64,000 nucleotides of DNA from Vicugna vicugna (taxonomy: Eukaryota), in the NCBI GenBank assembly GCA_013265495.1, contig MU058065.1, positions 1,524,364-1,588,363 of the forward strand. The letters run 5' to 3'. Below are positions 53,312-64,000 of the stretch, in pieces. The position numbers and the translations under genes were made by a program. Positions within the stretch are counted from its first letter, which is position 1, and every line of letters begins with the position of its first letter. The notes under the pieces were generated by a model. It was given only the letters and a program-made list of their open reading frames with translations. It searched no databases and was not told where the DNA came from.

Positions 53312-56300
53312 GCCAGTAACCGAGAGACCAGTATGACCAGGGTTACAGAAGTCCAAGCAGAGAAATGGCCAAGGAGGAGGAAATGAAGTAAAATTGAAGG
53401 ATGGATGGGGCCCTTCAACGGCTGGTTACACTCCAGGGTTTTCTCCTCCGTCCCCCGAATATTTCGGGTGGCATAGCTGGTTAGTTAATTCTGCTTCTTG
53501 GAGTATACCTAAGAGAAAGAGAATATTTGATTTTATAAATAAGACCTCAAGTTAGTGACACAAAAATTTTTTGTGCTGGGAGTAGTGCCCCATTGGAAAC
53601 TATTATATGATTTTTCTGGCTAAGAAAACTATTGGGTGAACCAGCTTCTGGTCTTTGTTTCTCTGGATGTGGTATCTGTAGCATCTTCAAATGAATCACG
53701 AGGCTGTTTGGTATAGAGCCAGATTCTCGGACCTCCTGTCAGACCTCCTGACTTCTTCGATGCACGCAGGAACCCGTGGTTTTAACAACCTTCCCATGAG
53801 ATTCTTGCACACGTTGGAGAGTGCCTGCTTTGGGGGTTCTTATAAATTATAAAGGCTTCCTTCAAAGTCTTCCCATTATTATTCAGCCTGGACTCAGGTC
53901 TCCATGCCTGTGCGAAGTCCTCCTTGACCTCTACCTCGTGTTCTTTGTTCATAGTCTTCATTCGACACTTAGTTTCCGCCGTCTTGTATTTCTAGGGATG
54001 TTTTGTGTGTATCACGACCTCCGCACATGGACTGTGCGTGGGTGCTCCGTCTTAATCCTTTGATACCCAGCACTGGATCAGGACCAAGACATGTTTGGCA
54101 CAGAGTCAGAGCCTCTCGCACGTGTACCGAGTCTCATACACCAGGTTTTAGAGAGATACTGGTGCCCTTTTCAGAGCTAGCCAATCTTTATTTCCCTGTT
54201 GTTTTCGTCCTTTTGTCCACCTGGCGAGGTGCTGAACAGACAGCGAGAAGTCAGTTTGTCCTCTCACTGGGGACCCTGGTGAGCTACTGTGTGTGTCAAA
54301 AGGTCAAGAATTTACTGCAGTGCGCACAGCTAAAGAAAGAAAACCCAGCAATTAAGTCTCTGCAAAACACAAAGAAGCCTTTGATGGAAAAGTCAAGACC
54401 CTTCCATTATTCTCCAATTTCTACAATGCAAGGCATTAAACACTTAAATTAGACACTCAAAGTATTAGATTAGCTTCACCTCCTCCCAGTAGAGGCCTTA
54501 AAGGATATGAATGCTTCATGACATCATTAAAGAAATGTTCTGGGGGGCAGACTGGTTGCAGAAATTGCAGCTCGACTGTCAGAGCCACTAGCAAACAGTC
54601 CTCGTGCTGAGCAGCTGGTTGCTTGCAGGCTCAAGGTTTGGCACTGACATGACAATTTGTTTCCCATCAAAATTGCTTAGGTAAGAATGCTTTATTGCTC
54701 TCCCTTGGTAAAGACAGAACAAGACTACCGCAAGGATAGAACATATGTGATGTTGATGTTATATAAATCAGCTAGTTTTTCCATTGGAGCTTCGTGGATT
54801 TGGAAAGACCTTGACTTCTCCATAAAACACGTGGTTTTCGGGGTAATTATTCAACGTGGGCTGATATTTATATTGAAAGCAAGGTGATTAGCAATTGGAA
54901 AGACTACAGGAGGGCAATTTGGGGGCGCTTGTTTTATTTTAAAAGAAATAACTCTGATCTGTAGTTAACTTTGCCAGCAGTGGGAGGCTGGCATGGGATC
55001 AAGCCAGCCAGCAGAGAGAATGCCTACATCTCCAGGGGGAAATGTCTGTTGGGTGATGGTCCCAAGAAGATCAATGATAATGGTATTGATTCAGACCCTC
55101 AGCCCCCACTTGTGTGCCTTCACCTGATCGCTGGCGAGAAAAATTATCTGCCAAGACCCAGAATGCTTTCAGTCTTCTTTAAAAGACAGAGGATTAATAG
55201 TCCAGGGAAAAATACATTGCTTTGGGGTTGATGATGCTTTTAGTGGAAAAAGAACATTATATTCTAGGTGAGGAATTAGCTGCACGACTTTTTAAAGAGC
55301 ATTAACAACCCAGGGTGTGCTATTTGTATGAAACATACGCTTAGAAAATCACAGAGTAGCTGTGGTATGTTTGTTGTTGTCATGCTGTCAGGTTCGGGCC
55401 CTGAGTTTGGTGGCACGGGGGTGTGAGTTAAAGTGTGGTTTCCATAAGTATGAATTCTTGCTCCTTAGAGTTTCCCCATTTTGCACCAGCTCGAGCTAAA
55501 GCTGACTTCTTGAGGGTGGCTGGAAGCCTTTACCGTAAATCAGAAAAAACTTCAACATGGGTGATAAATTCCTAAATACTCATCAGGAAATTGAGAAAAG
55601 GGTAAAATTAAAATCAGTGTTCCTCACTTCCTAAATATTGTAAGATATTGGTAAGATATATGAGTATCTCTCAGCCTTAATATTTTTCTTGGTGGAATGC
55701 TGTGACCAGAGATAAAGTCCACGATTGAAAAGATTAAACTAAAACCCCTTCATCGATTGCTGTTGGATTCAAAGATGTGCTCACTAAACTGTAAGATGCG
55801 TTCTTGATCCCTCTCACTCCCATGAAATCCTGATTAAGTGGGAGTTCTCACCTCCTAAGACCTATTTAAGTTCAGTAATATAAACAAATATCACTACAAC
55901 TTAATGCATGTTTGGAGGGCCGTGAATGGACTACTCTGTTATTTTAACACCGTAAAAATCATTTATGTTATGCACGTGCACACACACCCCCCCCAAACAC
56001 ACACATCACACACGCAGCACCCCCCCACACAACTGCAATCTGTTTCTATTTTTAGCCTGTCTGAGTTCTCCCTCAGTGCAGTCCATGCTGAACGACTCAA
56101 TCTTCTGTGAAATTTCTAAATATTTCCCATTGAAACGAATGCTATTTGGATTTGAGGTTAGCAGACAGAAAAACTGCGATGTTCCACAGATGTTGCCCAT
56201 GGAAAGCCCTACACTTAGAAACACGAGGTTTTGCTGTGTTCATTTCAACTCCCCTGAGATAGCTAGGGCTCTCTCATCAGTAACTCTGAGCCATTCAGTC

Positions 56301-57339
56301 TTGACCTTTGTCGTGGAAGTCGTGAGCCTGAGGACGGGGAGCTTAAAGAGCACTTCTGCCTGGGGCCGGCTCAGGAGGGACCACAGTGAGGGAGGAAGTG
56401 GCTGCTGCTGCTGGGCTTCTTTAAACAAGGTAGGCAGGGCGGAGCAGAACCTGGGGATAACCGTGGACCAGCCTTGTTTTGTCCAATGAGAGAAAGGCTG
56501 TGAAGCACCCAAATCCCCAGGCACAGGGAAAATCTCTTGGAAATGGAAGAGAAAAATGAAGTAAAATGAGTTACCTAAACATTCTCTCACAATGAAGTAG
56601 GAATCAGTACATGCTGACAAGCTCCCCGGGTCAAGTAAGTTAGAATAAAGGTAAGATGGATGAGAAGCTGGTAGAGAAAGCAGGTGGAAATAAACAGGAA
56701 GTGCTTTACCAGCTGCTCAATTTCGCGTTGTGGATTCAGGTCTGACATCATGTGCGGCTGTCTAAGTCTTAACCACCAAGTTTTCAGTTACTCTGCTTTC
56801 CTGAGGCTGCTCTCTGGGTAATTTTTATCCAGCTGGTTCAGATGCATTGTCAAGGAAGTGAAAGTTTCTGTCCTCCGCTTTCTTAGTTTCCACGAGGCTG
56901 TCATTTGTCACTTGTACAGTCTGTTCAAGTACAGTGCAAACATAAATTTGAACGTTTTAGAGACGGCCTCATAGCTTGTTGCCTTCAGTGTAGTGTCTTT
57001 GTTTTCTGTGTTTATATGCTTGATTATTCTCCACCAGTATTCATCTTCCAAATTCATCTTTTTGGTTCTGCTCTCTCTCCCCACAACTGTCGTTCTCTTT
57101 CTCACCTTTATTTCACTGCCAGTTTTTTTCCAGGAAATGACCTATAAGCCGAATGTCTATTTCCTCTCACTCACGTCTCAGCTCCACTGCAGCCTGCACC
57201 CACCTCACTGTTCAGCCAAAATGGCATTTAAAGGCCGAGTACTGTCCTCACCTACACCTTCTTCTCAGAACATTCTTGATGTTAACATTGTTTTTAAGAG
57301 ATAAGTGCAAAAACCAGGTTGTGATCCAGAATAAGACTG

Positions 57340-58009
57340 TGCGAGAGACAATTTTCTAAAGCTACATCTCCCCCACCACCAAGACTCTCTGATTGTTCAA
57401 TGAAATGCTCATCTTTGTACTGCTGTGAAGGGACTTTACGGATGTCAGTTAAGGTTACTTATCAGGTGGCCTTAAAATACAGAAATTAACCTGGATTATC
57501 CATGTGGAACCAATCTAATCCCATGAGGCTATCTTAATGGCCAACACTTTTCTCCAGCTAGAGTAGAAAGATGTAGAGAAGAGATGTTTAGGAGAGAGGA
57601 AGCAAAAGGAAAAGTCAGAGACAGTCAGAGTGTAAGAAGGATTCATCCCATCATTTCTGGCTTAGAAAAAGATCGTGAGCCAGAGAATGCAGGTGGCCTC
57701 CAGGAGCTCACAGTGACCTTGGCTGACAGACAGCGGGAAACTGGGACCTCAGTCCTACAACTGCAAGTAATTAAATTCTGCCAACAACCTGACTTAGCCT
57801 GGCACCAGATTCTCTTCTAGAGTCTCCAGAAAGGGACACCACCCTGCTGACACTCGAATTTCAGCCTTGTGAGGTTCCAAGCCGAGAACTGGCTGAGCTG
57901 TGTTGTATCCAGATTTCCCACCCACAAAACCTATGAGAAAATAGTGGGTGTTGATTTAAGCCATAAAGGCGTGGTAATCTGTTACAGCAGCAATGGAAAA
58001 CTGATACAG
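57340..58009 (+). mobile_element. MaLR (MLT1-family) solo LTR
   Basis: GGGACTTTACGGATG...CTGGATTATCC...TTCTGCCAACAACCTGA...GTTACAGCAGCAATGGAAAACTGATACA. Confidence 0.82.
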
Positions 58010-58549
58010 ACTACCAGAACTTTTTCTCAAATTTCTGATATCTTAGCATTCAAATTCCTATTTCTTCTAAAACATGGTTAAGCTTTGTCCTCTTAATTAC
58101 ATTCTAAACATAAACCCAGATGCTTATCTGTTGAAAATTGCAAACCTAGTTTCTCTGTCTGGACACCATGGGGTCCAGACTTTGAATATGTGTATAAGAA
58201 TTTGTGTATCTTGTACGTACATCCATATGCATACATAGGTGTGTCTATACATAAATACATACCTAGGTAGACCTGATAAATACCAATCGTATTCAATAAA
58301 GAATAGTTTACACACATGGGAATCTTAGTCATATGTGCACATATATGTATTTTTCCTCATTGTTAGGCAGTAATATGTTATTTCATGACAATCTTGTAAG
58401 CTATATACTAATTGCTTCATTGTATATGTAAGAAATAGGCAGACAGAGGTCAAGTAACTTGCTGAGGTTACCTAATAGATAGCTGAAGAGGATTCAAATA
58501 TAGATCCGTCTGGGTCTAAGACTGCAATGTCCTTAGTTTTCATCTTGTT

Positions 58550-59212
58550 TACTTCACACACTGGATCTTTTTGGACCCTCTTGGGTCCTACATCCATCTC
58601 TGCCCGGATGCCATGTGTCACTTTCCTTAAACTCCCCTCCTCAGTGCATCAGGACACCACACTGTCCTGGCAGTCTTCCCCCATATCTCTGTACCTTCTC
58701 AGTTTCCTAAATTGCCTTCTGTTTGTCATATGTAAAAGAACTTCAAGATTGTGTTCTCAGTTCTATGCTACTTTGTTCTCCAAAAATTCAGTTCACTTTT
58801 AGACTTTCAATTTTAACTCTTTCGATGACTTTCAGCTTCACATCTTGAGTCCTGACTCCTTCCCGAGTTCCAGGCACTTGTAAAACAATGGTACTAAAAA
58901 TGCCCATTTTTCTGTCTTCTTGATCTGACATCAACATGTCTAAATCAGCATGAGTAGAAAAAGAAGTCTTGTCTTCTTACTGCCCTGTGTCTTTCAGTCG
59001 TATCACCCATCCCCTTGATGGCCAAACGCAGAATCCCGCTGGCATTTTGGACCTCTCTTCTGGTTAGCAGCATGGGCTCTGAAGCTGGACTGCCTGGGTT
59101 TAAGTCCCAGCTGCGCTGCTTAACTTGTTTTGGGACCCTGGGCCAATTGTTTAACTTCTCAGGACGCAACTGCCTTCCTCTGTAAAACTGAGTGGTGATG
59201 TTGATGATGATA

Positions 59213-59245
<33 letters not shown>

Positions 59246-60000
59246 GCCAGCTCACAGCATTGTTGCATGATTTAAATAAGCCACTATAAACATTTAGATC
59301 AGCAGCCAGCACCTGGTACTTGCTTGATAAATTTCAGCCGTCATTCATTTTCCATTTCACTGACTGATCTCATCTGTGAAATCTATGGTTATGTTCCTGA
59401 TGGCAGCTTTTCTGCCCTCCACTACTGTCTGTTAATATCTGCTTTAATACAGATTGCCTTTGGATCATATTCCCCAGAATCTAGCCTATGTATAACTACC
59501 AAATGAAGCTTCCAAAGGCACAATTTTAATTGCAGTTTGAAAAGTCTTCAGTTGCACAGTGGTTTCCCGTGGCTTTCAGGATACAGTGGAGAATCTTCAT
59601 TATCTTATCATTCAAATCCTTGCATGAACTGGCCCCGGCTTCTATTTTCAATTGTTTCTACTTCTCCTCTCCTCCTCAACCCTTGACTGTAGACAGGCTG
59701 GACTTCCTACTTTTCTTAAATATTTTTTCTTGGCCTGCCTCTTAGTTTTCATGATAGCTCATAGTTATGCTTACTATGGATCAGGCAATGTGTTGAAATC
59801 GTTAAGAGTGTCATCTCATTTATCCTCGTAAAAACTTTATAATGTAGCTACTATGCTATCCCTATTTTACAGATGAGAAAACTGAGGCCTGGGGAGGGTG
59901 ACTGATTTGCTGAAGGATATACAGTCAGGAATCGGTGGACCTAGGACTTGAACCTAAGCTGATTCCAGATCCCCTGGCTTTAACCGTTCTATCTTATGCC
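58550..60000. mobile_element. L2 fragments (+) interrupted by MIRs (59055-59335 +, 59745-59990 -)
   Basis: Pyrimidine-rich L2-like sequence; MIR cores GGCTCTGAAGCTGGACTGCCTGGGTT and ATTTTACAGATGAGAAAACTGAGGC. Confidence 0.65.
59196..59244. repeat. (GAT)n trinucleotide microsatellite inside a MIR
   Basis: About 16 imperfect GAT units; explains the poly-Ile ORF 58945-59268. Confidence 0.93.
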
Positions 60001-62629
60001 TTCTCTAAGCTGCACTTCCCTTTCCTCAAGCATCCTTTACCCCTCTCCTATCTATTTGACCCCCACCTAATATTCAAAGCCCCCTACTCTTAGGTTCTGT
60101 CTTTACTGTAAAGCTTTCCCAGTCTCCTTCAAACTTGAGTGAACTCCACTGTCAGGTACAAGCTTCTCAAGGCCAGGACGGGTGTTACACATTTCTCATG
60201 AAGCCCAGCAATGCCTTGAGTATAGAACTTAATTAATTCTGATCAGTGATTGGTACTAGATTTCTTTACTAATGAACTTGACAGTGACTCCTTGTGGTTG
60301 AGCCAGCTAACCTCATATCTCTCTTTATTGCCCATCCCTGCCCATTGTCCTAGTTAGGTTCCTTGATTGCCAACACGGGCCTGAATTGAAACAGACAAGG
60401 AATTTATTGGAATGATGCAGCATACCCCAGAATGTTAGAGAAAGAGACCTGGTCTAAAATCAAGGAAGAGGTCCCCAACAGGACCATCCATGGAACCCCA
60501 GACTCCATGCTACTGGATTGTCCCCTCCTTTGCAGCCACCGAAGGTTATGTCTATCTGATGTCCCTCCATGCTGCCTCCTTGAGCCAGTATTTAAGGCAG
60601 CTGCAGTCAACAGCTCAGCAAGGGGAGAAATGAGTCATCCCCACATTGCAGAAGTCGGGGCTTCAGGATAAAGAACTGTGATGCCTAAAGCGGAATAGAG
60701 AGAGGAGACAGAAATATTCGAAGGAGAGGAAGTTGCTTGCGAGTTTCTCAAGACTGTTAAGTGTTTCGTTATAAAACGACATTCCTATCTTTTCAGTCCC
60801 TGAGTTGGGGACTTAAGGTGACTTGAATAAGAGGGTCCACAGATGGACTTCAGAGATCTGTGACCCCCCCCCCCGACCATGCACACGCATTTTCTGAGTC
60901 CTTACATTTTTCTGGTGCGTGAGTATAGTTTGTACTAGATTCTCAAATAGCCCCATGATCCAAGATCTAGCTATTAAAATATTAGCATAACCTTACCTCG
61001 GGAAATCAGGTGACCCAGAGGTGACCTCACCTAATATCATAGGAGGAAGAAAGTTAAATGTGAAACTTCTGCATGTGCTGTCGGGTACCTGCTCATCTGA
61101 CAGATGCCAGAGGGTCGCTCAGAGGGTGCAGTCTGTTTAGAGTAAAAGCAGACGGTGAGATTGCCTAATGTCCAAGGACCATGGCTCTAAAGGGTTCCTG
61201 CTCTGTGGAGTCCTTGGATGTCTGCTTAAACCAATTACAGAGTAACAGTATAGTTTACCTCCTCAGCTGTTGTTTTTCTAGCATCTTGCTGTTTTTCTCA
61301 GAGTTTCTGGAAGAAGCTTCCTCAGTCTCCATACTTCAGTGAGGAATGAGCAGTGTCTTTTTCAGCTGTCTGGCACAAATTGCTGCCTGACATAGTCAAG
61401 GTGCACACGTGGCTGGAATCTGGCGTCTGTGTGCGCTCCAAGTAACTTTGGTTATTATTGGGGAAATCAATGATATTCGGGATGGCCTATGTCAGGAGAA
61501 GGCAACCATAATAAAGAGGAAGACTTATTTCATATTAAATAGTAATAATGAGGGTTATTAAATAAGCAAACAGCATCTGTCTAGTGCCTTGTTGGAACTC
61601 GCTGGTTAAGTGAGAGCTTCCCTGAGGATCGGCACCTTCATTACAGAATCAGAACAGTGTTTGCAGAAGAGGCTTCTCAGGGTGAGATAAGGATGTCTTA
61701 TTCCACTTTATGACCAAAAAAAAAAAAAAAAGAAGACAAAGGAAGAGGCATCCAAAGTATCAAGGACGCACAGTCTGAGTCCCCTTAGCCCTTGGACAAG
61801 GCATTCATGAAACCTTAAAAAAGGGGGGGATGGTTGTTTGGATTATTTGGGAAGCTCTGGGAAGCTGGAGTGGTCACCACGACGCTAAAGGCATCTCAGA
61901 AACAGAAGCACCAAAGCCGCAGCTCATGTGTTTATTCATTATTCTCCTCCTCTTGTCACTCTCCCCATTTCCATCTGTACCGAGTCCTCCTTTCCACTAG
62001 GACATGTGCGAAATAGCCTTGTTATTTTCCCTTCTCAAAGCTCAAAACTTCTAGAATACTGAGGACCTTTTGCACGGAAATTGCTCTCCTGGTTAAGTTT
62101 CTTGTTCGCGTCTACATCGCACATCATACTGTTCTCTGCACAGAGGTGGCCCCGACAAGTGGAGCTGTGGAACTGACTCCCTGACGTAAGAGCAGGTGGT
62201 TCGCATCCTCCTCAGGACTCGCCTGCAAGGAGAGTTGGTAGGACCTGCTGTCTCGGTGGTCATGGAGATCAGTCCTCAATGGAAGGATTCCTTTAACCTT
62301 CTTGTTAACTGGCACGGTGCTTCCTTTAGCACCTACATCAGACTGATGGGTACCCCACTGAGTAGGTCCATCCTGCAGGTGAAGAAACAAACTCTTAAGG
62401 AGACTGAATGACTGTCTCACACAACAGTCATTTTTAGAACCAATCTTCCCAACGTTTAATCTAATCAGTCATTTCTGTGGCCTCCAAATATTTCTGTCGC
62501 ATTAGCCTAGTAGGAAAAAATTGACCTGTCTCGTATTCTACGTTTATTTATAAATTCTTACCAATAGCTAATATTTCAGAGCACAATATTCATATGAGAC
62601 AGGGTTGATTGTTAAGCACAATAAATGTA

Positions 62630-62900
62630 AGCCCCTCATTTATTCTTCTATTAAACCATTATATATTAGAATCTTCTGGAAGCCAGGCATGATTCTGATC
62701 ACTGAAGGCACAGTGAATGAAGCAAAGAAAATCCCCCACTCCTGTGGCATAGATTCCAGTGGAGGAAGACAGATCATAAATAAGATAAATAAGTAAAACT
62801 CATAGCAGTGTCACATAAATGCCATGGGAAAGGTAAAACAGGAAGAAGCGTCAGGGTGGATTTGAGGGGAGCAGTGCACTTTGAAATAGCCCCATAGAAG
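62630..62900 (-). mobile_element. L2 3' fragment
   Basis: TCATTTATTC...AAGCCAGGCA...CAGTGAATGAAGCAAAG...GGAAGACAGA, the reverse of an L2 tail. Confidence 0.6.
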
Positions 62901-63249
62901 GGGAGTACTGATGTACAGCTTAGGGAATTAACTATTTGACCATTTGTAGCTATTTGACATAGAGAAGGAAGGTGTCCATGTCAATGTGTTCTACTCAATC
63001 TTAGTAAAACACCGTCTCTTTATTTAGGTAACTAATGTAGATAGAATTCTAACACATTCCCCTTGTGCCCAAGTGATCTTCTTGTGATTACAGTTCACCT
63101 TTGGGATCTAGCCCCAGTGATCAAGGTCAGACGGCTGTTGCAGTGACAGGCATGGCAGCCTACAGCAAATTAGCTCTTTGACTCAGTCTCGAATTGATTC
63201 CATGGGTGAGTTTACACCCTACGGTTTATTTAGCTGGGAGCAATTCTCT

Positions 63250-63532
63250 TAAACATCCAAAGTCATTTTGTGTTTTTGTCTGGCTTTCAGGCAGGTGATT
63301 AGGGAGAATACGTGCACAACAGCGTATCTAAACAGCTGCTGGTTACTCACTCACAGGAAGCGGTAACTTGTCGGTTTTCTTTTCCTTTCTGTTGAGTTAT
63401 GTGAATACAGCATGAGCATTTCCCTTTTCACCAGAGAAGAAAAATTTGCCCGGCCTGGTGAAGCTTCAGAAGGAAGAGGCTTCACGAAATTGATATTTTT
63501 AAATATTTTGCCTCTCAAATAAGAGCGACACA
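63250..63532 (+). promoter_or_regulatory. Putative promoter/5'UTR of DOCK10 exon 1.2
   Basis: Lies upstream of the exon 1.2 ATG and contains an E-box CAGCTG (63333-63338) and an ETS core CAGGAAGC (63354-63361). Confidence 0.6.
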
Positions 63533-63637
63533 ATGAGCTTCCGAGGAAAGGTTTTTAAACGGGATCCCAGTGAATTTTGGAAGAAGAGACGAACAATGAG
63601 GAGAAAAAATCAAGAAGAAATCCACAGATTTAGCTCT
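63533..63637 (+). CDS. DOCK10: DOCK10 alternative first coding exon 1.2 (isoform DOCK10.2), 35 aa: MSFRGKVFKRDPSEFWKKRRTMRRKNQEEIHRFSS
   Basis: Hand translation from ATG 63533 (A at -3) closely matches the recalled human DOCK10.2 N-terminus (MSFRGKVFKREPSEFWKKRRTVRRV.QEEFHRFSS). It is followed by a phase-0 donor TCT|GTAGGT at 63638. Too short for the ORF track. Confidence 0.95.
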
Positions 63638-64000
63638 GTAGGTATCTGAACATTGATGCATGCTTTCCCTCTTTTCTTCAATACTTAGAAAAAAAAAAGA
63701 GTAGCTCTGGAGTGATATTCTAACATGGGCTAAGGGCAAAGTCTTAGAACAGAATATTCAATTTGGCTCATAAATATCCTCTTTTACTTACATTGTTATT
63801 GTGTAATTACTTCTGTCATTATTTTAAAACATTGGAAGAGATTCTAAGCAGCTAAAACATTACTAAGCTATTTGGAATACTGGAATTACTTCCATCATTA
63901 TTTTAAGACATGTTGATAGAAGATTTAACTAGTCAAAATATTACTAGACTGTTACTAGAATATTCTTTTTTTAAAAGAAAAACCTACAGTCACCTCAATT

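Larger units (their letters stand above)
1..64000 (+). other. DOCK10: 5' region of DOCK10 between first exon 1.1 (upstream of the window) and shared exon 2 (downstream); intronic for DOCK10.1
   Basis: Exon 1.2 of DOCK10.2 is recognised near the window end. Neither exon 1.1 (MAGERTRRF..., CpG island) nor exon 2 (QEKPRLLEPLDY...) was seen in the window. Confidence 0.88.

Noticed and set aside
55965..56489. Longest ORF in the track (174 aa)
   Set aside because: It starts in a CA-rich low-complexity tract and has no recognisable domain, consistent with chance.
58945..59268. Poly-Ile ORF
   Set aside because: It is the (GAT)n microsatellite within a MIR.
1..64000. Prokaryotic systems (CRISPR array, operon, defence island)
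   Set aside because: The sequence is mammalian intronic DNA with LINEs and SINEs; there are no spaced repeats or long ORFs.

Overview
Mammalian genomic DNA, most likely camelid (four copies of a short tRNA-derived SINE of the Vic-1 type, no Alu/B1/Bov-A). The whole window lies in the large 5' region of DOCK10 (+ strand), a DOCK-D/Zizimin Rho-family GEF. The key evidence is the known alternative first coding exon of isoform DOCK10.2 (MSFRGKVFKRDPSEFWKKRR...HRFSS|gtaggt) at 63533-63637. Exon 1.1 and the shared exon 2 are not in the window. The main finding is a further candidate first coding exon at 30248-30409 (MGCTASIVLLQAF...TLIVM|gtatgc). It has a strong Kozak context and the same splice phase (0) as exon 1.2, and it begins with an N-myristoylation plus palmitoylation motif, implying a lipid-anchored DOCK10 isoform. 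Also present: uORFs at both first exons, a STAT6-type motif inside exon 1.2, an antisense COMMD6 retrocopy, a ~856 bp ~99% identical tandem duplication, a near-perfect CTCF motif, and many L1, L2, MIR, MLT1 and hAT-type repeats. Gene and repeat names come from recognition by eye, not database searches, and repeat boundaries are approximate.
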